The notes: generated by a model not told the origin, from the sequence alone. Counted from the first letter of the stretch, positions 36,282 through 45,843 are shown. The stretch: DNA of 46,434 bases from Clostridiales bacterium (GCA_016281805.1 JAEEJJ010000071.1:1-46434), one strand, 5' to 3'. Numbers and translations: made by a program.

Positions 36282-37163
36282 TTACAAGGTTCTTTTGTTC
36301 CGGCGGATCGCCGCCATACGGTCAAGGTCACCATGGTCGATCTGGTGCTGAAGCGCGGTGATAATCTTATCTTTTCTGGCAAGAAAATCCGGTCCCGAGA
36401 GATTGACGCCGGAGATCGTATGATGCGTGGTAAATGCGCAGTCACATGTCAGATTCTCCACAAATAGTTTAAGCTCCTCCAGCATCTCCTTTTCGGAAAG
36501 CGGTGTGAATTCTCCGCGCTGCGCTTCCTCGAGCAAAGGTGTGCCGGGGAACAGCGTCAGTCCGCCGGTGCCGACAAGCATCGGCTTGCACTGGTTGAAT
36601 ATCTTTGCCGAGTTTACAGCATGTTCGCGGCTGTGCTCACGTCCGGCAACGCCGTTAAGAAACGTCATCCAGTAGTCGATCCCTGCCTCTTCGAGCTTGT
36701 GACATTGCTCGAGAATATCTTCCGCATGATAGCCCTTATTGATGCGGTCCAGAGTCCAGTTGTCGCCGGATTCCACACCGAGAGAAATCTCCCGCACGCC
36801 CAGCTCTTTCATTTTTTTCAGTTCGTCTACGGTCTTGTTTCTTATGTCGGTCACGCGGGTAGCTGCGTAAATATATTTGATCTTCGGAAGATACTTGTTT
36901 ATCATCACAAGGATCGGTTCGAGCTTGTCGAACGTCATTGCCAGCGGATTTGCCGAAAGCAGCTGGATCGTCTGGGCGTCCGGATCACACTCTGCAAGCT
37001 CCCTGAGATCTTCCTCGATCCATTTCATTGGTGACATCTTGAACGGAACGTCGCGGTACATGGTGCAGAACTTGCACTTGTTATGTGTGCATCCCTGCGT
37101 GATCTCCAGAAGCGGCCATGTCGGCCAATATGGGTTTCTGTATACAGTTCCGGTAAAATGCAT
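36282..37163 (-). CDS. Radical SAM protein (cargo)
   Basis: The N-terminal Cys cluster is GCTHNKCKFC. By my count this is CX4CX2C rather than the canonical CX3CX2C. TIM-barrel-like GVREISLGVESG follows, and an AAGGAGAG RBS is present. Confidence 0.7.
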   Translation of the reverse strand: MHFTGTVYRNPYWPTWPLLEITQGCTHNKCKFCTMYRDVPFKMSPMKWIEEDLRELAECDPDAQTIQLLSANPLAMTFDKLEPILVMINKYLPKIKYIYAATRVTDIRNKTVDELKKMKELGVREISLGVESGDNWTLDRINKGYHAEDILEQCHKLEEAGIDYWMTFLNGVAGREHSREHAVNSAKIFNQCKPMLVGTGGLTLFPGTPLLEEAQRGEFTPLSEKEMLEELKLFVENLTCDCAFTTHHTISGVNLSGPDFLARKDKIITALQHQIDHGDLDRMAAIRRNKRTL

Positions 37164-37174
37164 GGTGTCTCTCC

Positions 37175-37699
37175 TTACAGCTCCGTCACGAAGTTTTCGA
37201 TCGGCATACGCTTGAAGTGCCAGGCGTTGGGCTTCGATCTCTCAGACGGATATCCCATCGCGAACATCATAACGGGGATAATATTCTCAGGCAGTTCAAA
37301 AACCTGTTTCACCGTCAGCGCATCGAATCCGCGCAGCCATACGCTGTGTACTCCAAGCTCCTCAGCCTCATACATCATCGTCGTTGCGGCAATACTCGCG
37401 TCCTGTTCTCCTGAATTGTAATTACGGAACATTCTGTCGTGCGGTGCTGTCCACACGGTATTAAGATCGTAGCAAACGAGGATCATCAGCGGAGCGTTAT
37501 AGTGAAACTGCGTTACCGTTTTAGCTTTCGCGAGAGCTTCGGGACTGCGAAGAACGTAAAACCTTTGCGGCTGGTAGTTGCATGCGGTCGGCACAATGCG
37601 TCCTGCTTCAAGGATCTTGTCAAGCTTGTCCTGTTCCACAGGCTTTGGATCAAAAAATCTCTCTGAATATCTGTTTTTTGCAAGTTCTAAAAATTCCAT
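37175..37699 (-). CDS. Nitroreductase-family protein (cargo)
   Basis: MEFLELAKNRYSERFFDPKPVEQDKLDKILEAGRIVPTACNYQPQRFYVL is a typical nitroreductase N-terminus. Confidence 0.85.
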   Translation of the reverse strand: MEFLELAKNRYSERFFDPKPVEQDKLDKILEAGRIVPTACNYQPQRFYVLRSPEALAKAKTVTQFHYNAPLMILVCYDLNTVWTAPHDRMFRNYNSGEQDASIAATTMMYEAEELGVHSVWLRGFDALTVKQVFELPENIIPVMMFAMGYPSERSKPNAWHFKRMPIENFVTEL

Positions 37700-37710
37700 A
37701 ACGTATCTCC

Positions 37711-38661
37711 TTATCCGATGAAAGGCTCTCCGAGCTCGGCTACGATCTTTTCGCAGGGATCGATGCTCTTTATCAGTCCTGAAAGATTGCTGACGGTATT
37801 GACGCCTGCGTCGGGATCGCCCTTTAACATTCCGTAATAGAAGCTGCCGGACGGAGGATTCATATCACCGCGTTTATTGGCCTCCAATCCTTCTTTGCCG
37901 TACTTGTGAGGAGTCGTTCTCCATTTTGAATAGCCGTTACTCTGTGTGAACACGATAAAGTCATCCGGGTGTGTGTCCATAATATCTTTTTTGGTCGTTT
38001 CAGCCGCGCGGCATTCCTTTGAAAGAATGAAGCGCGTGCCGACGAAAACGCCCTCCGCACCGACAATCTGCGCGGCTTTCGCCAGCTTACCGTTTACAAT
38101 ACCGCCCGCTGCGAGAACCGGGATACTGACTGCGTCGGACAGAAGCGCAGTGATCGCGGTCGTTCCGGTTGAAAGACCGGGCATACATCCGCCCTCGTCG
38201 CATCCGGTGGCGACTATGATATCCGCGCCGACCTCCTCTGCAAGCTGTGCTCCGCGAACGGTCGGATTTGCTTCGCGCATAATGACGGTAAAGCCGTCGC
38301 GCTTCCACGCTCTGATCTCATCGGGAGAAACGTTCCCCGCAACGACGAGGATCATCACACCTTCTTCTTTTGCGAGCCTGATCATGGCCTTGCTGAAGCC
38401 ATATGGATCGCCGGCTTCGGGAAACACATTTATACCGAACGGTTTGTCTGTTTTGGCCTTGGTATTCCGGATAGCTTTCCGCATTTCTTCTACGGATTCC
38501 GGGATTCCGCGCACGATCTCAGTAGAGTCTGCACTTGTTCCGAGAACGCCGAGGCCTCCTGCGTTCGATACGGCGGCGACAAGGTCGGACGATGTGATCC
38601 ATGCCATAGGTCCCTGGATCACGGGATATTTGATTTTCAGTATTTCACAAATTCTGTTCAT
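37711..38661 (-). CDS. NAD(P)H-dependent flavin oxidoreductase, nitronate monooxygenase / FabK-like (cargo)
   Basis: The sequences KYPVIQGPMAWITSSDLVAAVSNAGGLGVLG and AAGGIVNG form the NMO/2-nitropropane dioxygenase family signature. Confidence 0.85.
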   Translation of the reverse strand: MNRICEILKIKYPVIQGPMAWITSSDLVAAVSNAGGLGVLGTSADSTEIVRGIPESVEEMRKAIRNTKAKTDKPFGINVFPEAGDPYGFSKAMIRLAKEEGVMILVVAGNVSPDEIRAWKRDGFTVIMREANPTVRGAQLAEEVGADIIVATGCDEGGCMPGLSTGTTAITALLSDAVSIPVLAAGGIVNGKLAKAAQIVGAEGVFVGTRFILSKECRAAETTKKDIMDTHPDDFIVFTQSNGYSKWRTTPHKYGKEGLEANKRGDMNPPSGSFYYGMLKGDPDAGVNTVSNLSGLIKSIDPCEKIVAELGEPFIG

Positions 38662-38712
38662 GTGTATTCTCCTTTTCGGCTTTTGATTTCACATTTATTA
38701 TACTCACCTGCC

Positions 38713-38747
38713 TTGACTTTTTCAATATACAGTAGTATAATAGTGTA
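38713..38747 (+). promoter_or_regulatory. Sigma-70 promoter of tetR-dinB with an overlapping imperfect palindrome (candidate TetR operator)
   Basis: TTGACT (38713-38718), a 17-nt spacer, then TATAAT (38736-38741). TACAGTAGTATAATAGTGTA (38728-38747) is an 8-of-10 palindrome centred on the -10 box. Confidence 0.65.
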
Positions 38748-38789
38748 AAGAGATTTTACATAATACCGATTTTGTAAAGGACAACGACG

Positions 38790-39323
38790 ATGGCAGAGAT
38801 AACAAAAATGTGGATCGCTGACAAGATGAAGCAGATCATGAAGCTCAAATCCATAGATAAAATACGCGTAACTGAAATATGCGAGGCGGCGGATGTGGAA
38901 CGACCGACATTCTACAACCACTTCAGGGACAAGTATGACCTTGTCGCCTGGATATTCTGCCATGACGCTTATGAAACGGACGTAATCTCTGTCGAATCTT
39001 CTGCCCGTGCTCTTAGCAAAATGAAGGCAGATATTATTTTCTATAAACGCGCCTATGAAGACTCATCTCAGAACGCTCTCTGGAAATATATGCTTGAATA
39101 TTTCGTGAAGCGTTACAGCGACATTGCAAAGGAAAAGCTCGGCACAGATATTCTCGATACGCAGACCGCTTACAGCATTCGCTTTTACTGCATGGGCGCT
39201 GTTGGAATGACACAGGAATGGGTGCTTAAAGATAATATTACATCGGCAGAAACCGTTGTAAAAATGATGTTTGCGTCTATGCCGGACAAGCTGCGCAATA
39301 TATTCTTTGGAAAAGCAGAGTAA
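38790..39323 (+). CDS. TetR/AcrR-family transcriptional regulator
   Basis: The N-terminal HTH is KIRVTEICEAADVERPTFYNHFRDKYDLVAWIF. Confidence 0.85.
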   Translation: MAEITKMWIADKMKQIMKLKSIDKIRVTEICEAADVERPTFYNHFRDKYDLVAWIFCHDAYETDVISVESSARALSKMKADIIFYKRAYEDSSQNALWKYMLEYFVKRYSDIAKEKLGTDILDTQTAYSIRFYCMGAVGMTQEWVLKDNITSAETVVKMMFASMPDKLRNIFFGKAE

Positions 39324-39327
39324 GAAC

Positions 39328-40551
39328 ATGAATCAGATAATAATACACGTTGACATGGACGCATTTTATGCGTCGGTCGAAATTCGCGACGATCCGTCTC
39401 TTGCCGGAAAGCCTCTGATAATCGGATCCCTGCCGAACGAACGCGGCGTTGTCGCGACGTGCAGCTATGAGGCGAGAAAGTACGGTGTTCATTCTGGAAT
39501 GAACATAAAAGATGCTTATCGTCTATGCCCGAAGGGAATATACAAGCATCCGAACTTTGACAAGTACCGGAACGTATCTGAACAGCTCCACTCGATATGG
39601 AACACGTATGCTTCCGCGTCGGAGTACATTGCTCTCGACGAGGCATACCTTGACGTAACTGAACAGGCCAAAGATTTTGACGGAGCGCGTGAGATCGGGC
39701 TTCTAATAAAACAGAGAACACGCAATGAACTCGGTTTGAGCTGTTCCGTAGGTGTAGCCTATTCCAAAACTGCCGCCAAGACTGCCAGCGAGGAGAAGAA
39801 ACCCGACGGGTTCTTCGAGATCCGTACTCCTGAAGATTTTACAGATCTTATTATCGACCGTGACGTCGGAGTGCTTTACACGGTTGGAAAAAAGACTGCC
39901 GACAGGCTGCACGGTATGGGTATCATGACAGTTCGCGATATTCAGAATAACCGTGAAAGAGTCGAACGAGTGCTTGGAAAGCAAGGAAAATGGATAACGC
40001 AGCTTGCCGCAGGCATTGACGACAGAAAAGTTGACGCTTACGATCCGCACGACGCGAAATCGATCGGGCGCGAGATAACATTTCAGCAGGATGTGGGAGA
40101 CTACAATTTCATAAGAGACGTTCTGTTGCTTCTGTCCTTGAGTGTCGAGCGCAGGGCAGGACGTGTCGGACTTTACGGAGGCGGAGTAACGCTTAAACTG
40201 ACATACTCGAATATGAAAAGTATCACGCGTTCCAGACTTTCGTCCGACTGCGATTCGGCGGTAAAGATATATCGCGAGGCGCTAAGACTGCTTGATTCTG
40301 TAGACCAGACATCCGTACGTCTTGTGGGAGTAAGCATTTACAATCTTTCGGAGGAAAAGACGCGGCAGATATCCCTTTTTGATATTTACGCTGATGCTGC
40401 AGAGACGGATTTTTTAACAATCGATAATCTTCTTGAGCAACTCGGTCAACGCTACGGCCTGGATTTTGCCGGCAACCTTGACAAGGTGTTTCACGGAGAA
40501 ACCCTGTACAGAACCATCGAGTACATGAGAAAAAAGCATTTCCGCAGATAA
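39328..40551 (+). CDS. dinB: DNA polymerase IV (Y-family translesion polymerase)
   Basis: The sequence MNQIIIHVDMDAFYASVEIRDDPSLAGKPLIIG, LDEAYLDVT and CSVGVAYSKTAAKTAS are diagnostic. The ATG at 39328 lies 4 nt after the tetR stop, and the track start at 39271 overlaps tetR. Confidence 0.92.
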   Translation: MNQIIIHVDMDAFYASVEIRDDPSLAGKPLIIGSLPNERGVVATCSYEARKYGVHSGMNIKDAYRLCPKGIYKHPNFDKYRNVSEQLHSIWNTYASASEYIALDEAYLDVTEQAKDFDGAREIGLLIKQRTRNELGLSCSVGVAYSKTAAKTASEEKKPDGFFEIRTPEDFTDLIIDRDVGVLYTVGKKTADRLHGMGIMTVRDIQNNRERVERVLGKQGKWITQLAAGIDDRKVDAYDPHDAKSIGREITFQQDVGDYNFIRDVLLLLSLSVERRAGRVGLYGGGVTLKLTYSNMKSITRSRLSSDCDSAVKIYREALRLLDSVDQTSVRLVGVSIYNLSEEKTRQISLFDIYADAAETDFLTIDNLLEQLGQRYGLDFAGNLDKVFHGETLYRTIEYMRKKHFRR

Positions 40552-40560
40552 AACCGCAGC

Positions 40561-41913
40561 TTACATAACAAGATTCTGCCCGTTCTTGACCGCCCATATC
40601 TCGCGACGGAGCTGCTTATCGATATCATCCTCTTCAGGATCATACTTTTTGTAGTTGTCATAAAACACGCGCGCAAGACTGCTTGCAAATCGAATCGCAG
40701 CACCGGCTACAATTCTTCTGTGGTCGGTTCCTTTCCTTTTCTCTTCACTTCCGGTTGATTTGCGGCTGATAGATGAGTTGGTAGCTCGAAACATTTCAAA
40801 GCCCAAACGGGAGGCCTCATAAACAAGTGCGTTGCGTATGGCCTTGAATGTTTTTTCCTGCGATAGTGGAAGTTTTTCGGGAAGCTGATCGGTGTATGTT
40901 GCAAAGACAGAACACTTCGCCTGATACCAAAGATCATATAACCTGTCGACTGTGGTGTTGCCTGAAACATCATCGACGATTTCATCCACAAGCTTTTTTA
41001 CGTTCTTTGGAAGATATCCGTATTGTTTTTTACCCTTGCATTCGTTTAGACGATGAGCAAGTTCTTCAAGCATGTCCATCAGTCTGTGATCTATTATTTT
41101 TCCTGCGTTCGCTTCATCAATCAGTTTTTTAAACTCTGATCGCATCTCGTCTGTAAGTTTGTTCCTGACTGCGGTCTGTCTGTCATAAATCTCGTGTATT
41201 TCGTCTTTGAATATCTCTGAACCGAACAGATGACGAAGGTTGTTCAGCCCTTTCTTTCCTATAAAAGATTGATCAGATTCAGCTGTTGAATACAGAATCA
41301 TATGCACATGCGGATGGCGTGATTCATTATGAAACGCACCGTACCAGCAGAGATCTGTCATTGGAATATTGTGCTGCTTTGCAATATCGGCTGCATTGTC
41401 CCGGATCATATCTCTCCACTTTGACGCATTGCTGTATCCGAGACGTTCGGCATCCTCCCGTTTCAAAGAAATTATAACCGAATACACATTGCCCGGATGT
41501 GCTTTCAGTTTTTCAATTTCTTCTTCGAGATTTATCTCTCCGTCTTTGGAAGAAAACAGTCCGTGATCACCCGTTATTCTTTCCGCACGCGGACGAAGTG
41601 CCATGTAGCGAAGATATTCTTCCGTGTTAAGAAGACGCGGGTTGCTTTCAATCGCGTAAGCAATGAACTCAGAAGCACTGCTTCGAGTTTTTTCTTTCTG
41701 ATACGATCTGTATTCAAGCGATGTTTTCAAAGTTGAGTTGCGTGAAACAATCTCAGCTATGAACTGTTGTTGATGACCTGTTTCAGGAAGCGATTGCTGA
41801 TCTTTTGGAATCTTTTCAACACCTTCGCGTGTTGCGATGTATCTCACCATTCCACCGAGATTTCCTGACGCTGCGTTTTTATAGTATTTGCATTTGACAA
41901 CGACCCCCGGCAT
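40561..41913 (-). CDS. Relaxase (MobA/VirD2-family relaxase/mobilisation nuclease domain)
   Basis: The N-terminal YIATREGVE is present, as is the histidine triad motif HNESRHPHVHMILYS. The start overlaps the stop of the RHH accessory gene. Confidence 0.85.
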   Translation of the reverse strand: MPGVVVKCKYYKNAASGNLGGMVRYIATREGVEKIPKDQQSLPETGHQQQFIAEIVSRNSTLKTSLEYRSYQKEKTRSSASEFIAYAIESNPRLLNTEEYLRYMALRPRAERITGDHGLFSSKDGEINLEEEIEKLKAHPGNVYSVIISLKREDAERLGYSNASKWRDMIRDNAADIAKQHNIPMTDLCWYGAFHNESRHPHVHMILYSTAESDQSFIGKKGLNNLRHLFGSEIFKDEIHEIYDRQTAVRNKLTDEMRSEFKKLIDEANAGKIIDHRLMDMLEELAHRLNECKGKKQYGYLPKNVKKLVDEIVDDVSGNTTVDRLYDLWYQAKCSVFATYTDQLPEKLPLSQEKTFKAIRNALVYEASRLGFEMFRATNSSISRKSTGSEEKRKGTDHRRIVAGAAIRFASSLARVFYDNYKKYDPEEDDIDKQLRREIWAVKNGQNLVM

Positions 41914-42383
41914 CAGTCATCTGCACCTTCCGCAACAGTTTTTGCGTCTTCGATCGCATCGTTGAAAGTGAACACGCCGTGATGTCTTCTTACGCTTTCA
42001 TATCCGGCGTCTGTGTATGCGCGAATTGCAGTGTCATCAAGTCCATCGAAAACTCTGTCTGCAATAACAAGATTTAGAGTTGCCTGTTCACCTGCAAGTT
42101 TATAGATAGCCGAAGCAATATGATTTTCAGAGTTCCTTACCGCAAAGCGAATTGCTTTCAGAAGCTCCTCGCTGAGATACTCTTTGTTCGTTTCAGAATC
42201 CAACTCACAGATATACTTCTTCACTGCTTCGTTTACAAATTTCGAACGGGATTTCATATTTGATGCGTAGAGATGCGAGTCAATTTGCCTGTCCAGTTCA
42301 GGATCAAGCCAGAAATAATAGCCTCGTTTGTTCTTTTTTTCTGTTTCCACTGTTTTTCCTTTCTGCGGAATGACCGCAAGCAA
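41913..42383 (-). CDS. Relaxosome accessory protein (ribbon-helix-helix, MobC-like position)
   Basis: RGYYFWLDPELDRQIDSHLYASNMKSRSKFVNEAVKKYI looks like a CopG/RHH fold. The track start is a TTG at 42383. A GTG at 42350, preceded by AAAGGA, is an alternative. Confidence 0.6.
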   Translation of the reverse strand: MLAVIPQKGKTVETEKKNKRGYYFWLDPELDRQIDSHLYASNMKSRSKFVNEAVKKYICELDSETNKEYLSEELLKAIRFAVRNSENHIASAIYKLAGEQATLNLVIADRVFDGLDDTAIRAYTDAGYESVRRHHGVFTFNDAIEDAKTVAEGADD

Positions 42384-42603
42384 ACCGCAATTGTTTTTTC
42401 AAAACCGCAATTGCCGGCCGGGAGGGGAAGAAGTGTCAAAGCGCCCGTATTATTGCGATTTTCCGGTTCTCCAGTCCGCCGTTGCGGGCTGGTGTCGGTA
42501 TGACCGCAATCGGTCTTTAACCTGCTTAAAAATCGGTCGGCCCGGAAATCGGCTGACAATTCGGTCAATTTCCGCATCAGGCCGGCACGATTCACAGATT
42601 CTG
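42371..42603. other. Candidate oriT / relaxosome assembly region
   Basis: This non-coding stretch lies upstream of the RHH-relaxase operon. It holds four copies of ACCGCAA: 42373, 42384 and 42404 (the last two within AAACCGCAATTG x2), and 42503. It also has the inverted repeat CGGAAAT...ATTTCCG around 42544-42575 and a purine-rich GGGAGGGGAAGAAGTGTCAA box. Confidence 0.5.
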
Positions 42604-42915
42604 TCACAGGCCCTCACAATCGCCTTCTGCGGCGTCTTCCGTCTTTTCCCGGGTGTCTGTTCCGCCGCATTCCGACTCGCCGGAAACGGGCTTTCTGCGC
42701 GTCACACGGCGGGACGGGGAAGTGCTCCCCTCACCTGCCTCAGCATCTGCCTTCTCGATGTACTCGCGTACTGCCTGAGGAACATATTTTTTGTAGAGAG
42801 TCTCAACGTAATCCGTGAGCTCCTGTTCAACGCTGAACCCCTTTCCGTTCATGCAGATGCGTATAGCGTTGACCTTTTCAAGTTCAGTCTTAATCTGAAT
42901 CGTTGTCTGCTTCAT
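42604..42915 (-). CDS. Small conserved ICE protein (103 aa), paralogue of 43194..43496
   Basis: The ATG at 42915 overlaps the upstream stop (ATGA) and has a GGAGGT RBS. The N-terminal 55 aa align by eye with the 43194..43496 product, and the C-terminal tail is acidic and low-complexity. Confidence 0.5.
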   Translation of the reverse strand: MKQTTIQIKTELEKVNAIRICMNGKGFSVEQELTDYVETLYKKYVPQAVREYIEKADAEAGEGSTSPSRRVTRRKPVSGESECGGTDTREKTEDAAEGDCEGL

Positions 42916-43184
42916 GACATTACCTCCATTTTCATTGCGGGAGCCGCCGTGACAGTAACACCGACATCGTACCCGAGCAGTCTCCCCCTGTTGTAGTCTT
43001 CCACCATCTTGTCCGCCTCGGTCATCGTGTGAGCCGCGTCGAACCATCGGCACTCCATCTCGTCGAGCGTAGCGTCAATCGTGTCGTGGACGTGATCCGA
43101 ATAGTTCTTAGCAAGTTCCAGAAACAAATCACGCCCCAGGGTTTTATACAGACCGTGGAGCGTTTTCATCTTACCGTTTCTCAT
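42912..43184 (-). CDS. Hypothetical ICE protein (90 aa)
   Basis: This ORF has a GAGGTGA RBS at the ATG at 43184 and is translationally coupled downstream. I recognised no family. Confidence 0.45.
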   Translation of the reverse strand: MRNGKMKTLHGLYKTLGRDLFLELAKNYSDHVHDTIDATLDEMECRWFDAAHTMTEADKMVEDYNRGRLLGYDVGVTVTAAPAMKMEVMS

Positions 43185-43193
43185 GGCGTCACC

Positions 43194-43496
43194 TCACATT
43201 GCAAGGACCGGACCGCTGTCTTTCGGACCGCTGCTTTGCTGTGAATGCTTTTTCTTTCCGGCAGACTGTGCCGTCTCCGGCTGCTCATGCTGTGAGAGAG
43301 CGTCTGCCGTGTTCTCTTCATCAGGGAACTGCGAAGCGAGAAACTCCTGAACCGTTTCGGGCACCTGTGTGCTGTAGACATCGTTCAAATGCCGGGTAAG
43401 CTCTCCTTCTATCGTCATGCCTTCTTTCTCAAGATAATGAGACAGCGCTTTTGTCTTGGCTAGACTGAATTTCAAATTGATCGTCTGACTTTTCAT
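43194..43496 (-). CDS. Small conserved ICE protein (100 aa), paralogue of 42604..42915
   Basis: MKSQTINLKFSLAKTKALSHYLEKEGMTIEGELTRHLNDVYSTQVPETVQEFLAS parallels MKQTTIQIKTELEKVNAIRICMNGKGFSVEQELTDYVETLYKKYVPQAVREYIEK. Confidence 0.5.
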   Translation of the reverse strand: MKSQTINLKFSLAKTKALSHYLEKEGMTIEGELTRHLNDVYSTQVPETVQEFLASQFPDEENTADALSQHEQPETAQSAGKKKHSQQSSGPKDSGPVLAM

Positions 43497-44017
43497 CGTC
43501 CACCTCCTGTGTCTGTTTTTCGTACCGGCGTTACGCCGTACAGTTCATTGAGCCGTGCTTCATCCTCCGCGGATATATCTATTCCGAACGTTTCCTCCAG
43601 CAGCCGGTACACGTTTTTTTCATTCGTCGTCCCGGTGAAACATGAAAGCAGCCGTCCGTAGAAGTTTTCCTGCGTTTCCATGCCGCCGAGCGCTGTCAGG
43701 CAGAGAAACTGCGCCTTCCGGATATCTCCCTCCGGCAGTCCGTTGTCCGCGAACACCGTCTTCACGGTCTCGAGCCTTTCCTGATATACCGATTCGTTTG
43801 CGTGTCCCTGTAAGGCTCCGGCCATGGCCTGCTGCATTGCGGCCTGATTGTCTGCGCCGGCAGTCCAGCCGAACAGGCTGAACACGACTATCACCGGGAT
43901 GCAGAGAATGAAAACGGCTATGCCGATAACATAGCCGATAAACTTTCTGCCTTTTTTGTTTGACGCGAGTACTTCAACGACCTTTTTCGCGACTGTCGCG
44001 ACTGTTACCGCTGCCAT
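43493..44017 (-). CDS. Single-pass membrane protein of the transfer module (174 aa)
   Basis: The ATG at 44017 overlaps the VirB4-like stop by 1 nt (TGATG). A TM helix is present (FIGYVIGIAVFILCIPVIVVFSLFGW). Confidence 0.5.
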   Translation of the reverse strand: MAAVTVATVAKKVVEVLASNKKGRKFIGYVIGIAVFILCIPVIVVFSLFGWTAGADNQAAMQQAMAGALQGHANESVYQERLETVKTVFADNGLPEGDIRKAQFLCLTALGGMETQENFYGRLLSCFTGTTNEKNVYRLLEETFGIDISAEDEARLNELYGVTPVRKTDTGGGR

Positions 44018-45843
44018 CAGCGACCGCCCGCCTTTCCAAAGAGAGCTGCTTTGTATTCCGGGGCGATGACCTGAAGAAGGTATCTCTCGTTGCCGCACTT
44101 GAACAGACAGACGCCTCGTTCCGGATACTTGATCAGTTCGTATTCGCTCTCCTCAATTTGAAGTGCGTCCATGAACTCTTTCGGATTGATGTTGCCTGGA
44201 TTGAAAAGGAAATGATGCGTCGGAATACTGAACAGCGGTTTAGTGAATTCACGAATGCCCGGGATCAGAAAGTCCTCGATGTTCTGACTGGCGAGTACGA
44301 TCTCGGAATCTTTCTTGCGGACACGCTTTGCTGCGTTGCGGATATACTCGATGGCTGTCAGGTTCGTGAGGAACAGATAAAGCTCGTCGATGGACGCTAC
44401 TGTATTTCCGTTGGTGAGCAGCTTGTGGTTCATATACGAGAGTATATTGAAAAGCATTGCGTCCTTCAGCTTTTTGTTTGCATCCATCAGACCTTTTACA
44501 CCGAAGCAGATGAATTTATCATCGGAGATGTTCGTGTGGCCGTTGAAGAATTTGCTTTCCGCGCCTTTGCACATGGAGTTTATGCCTAGGCAGATTTCGC
44601 GGAGCAGTTCCTCTGTGAACAGTGACTTCGAGCCGTGCTCGTATTTGAGATACTCCTGTTCGACCAGATCATAAAGATCCGACATGACCGGATAGTCCGT
44701 CGGCTTCAGTTTGCTGTAGTCGGTATAATCTGTGATACCGTAATTCGCGTATAGCCTCGAGACAATTATTTCGATTGCGTCGATATGCGCGTCGGTGAAG
44801 TCCTTGTACGAACGGAAAAAGTCTTTCAGATACGAGATATGCTGGCTCAGCCTCGTTGATTTACGGAACGCCTCTGGCGCGTCTTCGTCGATGTCCGCAT
44901 CGTCTGACCAGGCTTTCGGTTCGAGCGGATTGATGATATATTTGCCGGACATGAGGTCGATATAGCAGCCGCCAAGGTTTTCTGTCAGCTCCTCGTATTC
45001 CTGCTCCGCGTCAAGCGAGATTACGGATTTGCCGGCTTCTCTGAGATTCGTGAGCAGCAGCTTCATCAGATACGATTTGCCCTGGCCGGAGTTGCCGAGG
45101 ATGAGGATGTTGCTGTTTGTCTTGTCGTCGTCTCTGCGGTCAAAATCTACGAGGATATTCGTGCCGTATCTGTCCTTGCCGATATAGAAACCATTGGGAT
45201 CGGTTTTGCCGGAGTAATTGAACGGATAGAGATTCGCGACTGAAGATGCCGGGAGCACGCGCTCGAACTGCTTTTCAAAGGCGTTGTATCCGCACGGGCT
45301 GATCGACATGAAGCCCTCCTTCTGTCTGAGAACAAGCCGGTCAACGCTTATCTTTTCACGCGTCAGTTCCATCGATACTTCCGTCTGAAGTTCCGACAGC
45401 TTTTCAAGACTGTAAGCTGAAAGTTCGATGAAGACAGCGCAGTGAAGGAGAGGTTCCTTCGTGCGGCGCATTTCGGCGAGCAGTTCGATGACGTCGTTCA
45501 TATTGCCTTCGCCTTTGATTGACTCCTGCAGATCTTCCGACGTGGACAGCATCTTGTTTTTTCTCTGGGCGTTCTTAATGATCTTGCGCTGCTCGGCGGC
45601 GTCAACGTATCTGCTGTAGATGTGCAGCGTCACGTTTTCCTTGTCACCGAAGCGTGAGAGAATGGCCTGATCCGGCGTTGCCGGAGGATACTCACGGACT
45701 GCCCAGACGCATCTGTAGGTATCTCCGAAGATAAAATGATCGGCCATGAATTTTACGGCGGACGGCGCGACCAGATCAAAGAAATCTTTGAGCTGCGCCT
45801 CCGCCTTACTTACCTGAACGGGTAGCTGTTTCTTCTTTGCCAT
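44017..45843 (-). CDS. virB4: VirB4-like conjugative transfer ATPase (CD1110-type of clostridial ICEs)
   Basis: Walker A is ILGNSGQGKSYLMKLL and Walker B is ASIDELYLFL. The likely start is the ATG at 45843 (MAKKKQ), and the track start at 45876 is an alternative. Confidence 0.85.
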   Translation of the reverse strand: MAKKKQLPVQVSKAEAQLKDFFDLVAPSAVKFMADHFIFGDTYRCVWAVREYPPATPDQAILSRFGDKENVTLHIYSRYVDAAEQRKIIKNAQRKNKMLSTSEDLQESIKGEGNMNDVIELLAEMRRTKEPLLHCAVFIELSAYSLEKLSELQTEVSMELTREKISVDRLVLRQKEGFMSISPCGYNAFEKQFERVLPASSVANLYPFNYSGKTDPNGFYIGKDRYGTNILVDFDRRDDDKTNSNILILGNSGQGKSYLMKLLLTNLREAGKSVISLDAEQEYEELTENLGGCYIDLMSGKYIINPLEPKAWSDDADIDEDAPEAFRKSTRLSQHISYLKDFFRSYKDFTDAHIDAIEIIVSRLYANYGITDYTDYSKLKPTDYPVMSDLYDLVEQEYLKYEHGSKSLFTEELLREICLGINSMCKGAESKFFNGHTNISDDKFICFGVKGLMDANKKLKDAMLFNILSYMNHKLLTNGNTVASIDELYLFLTNLTAIEYIRNAAKRVRKKDSEIVLASQNIEDFLIPGIREFTKPLFSIPTHHFLFNPGNINPKEFMDALQIEESEYELIKYPERGVCLFKCGNERYLLQVIAPEYKAALFGKAGGR

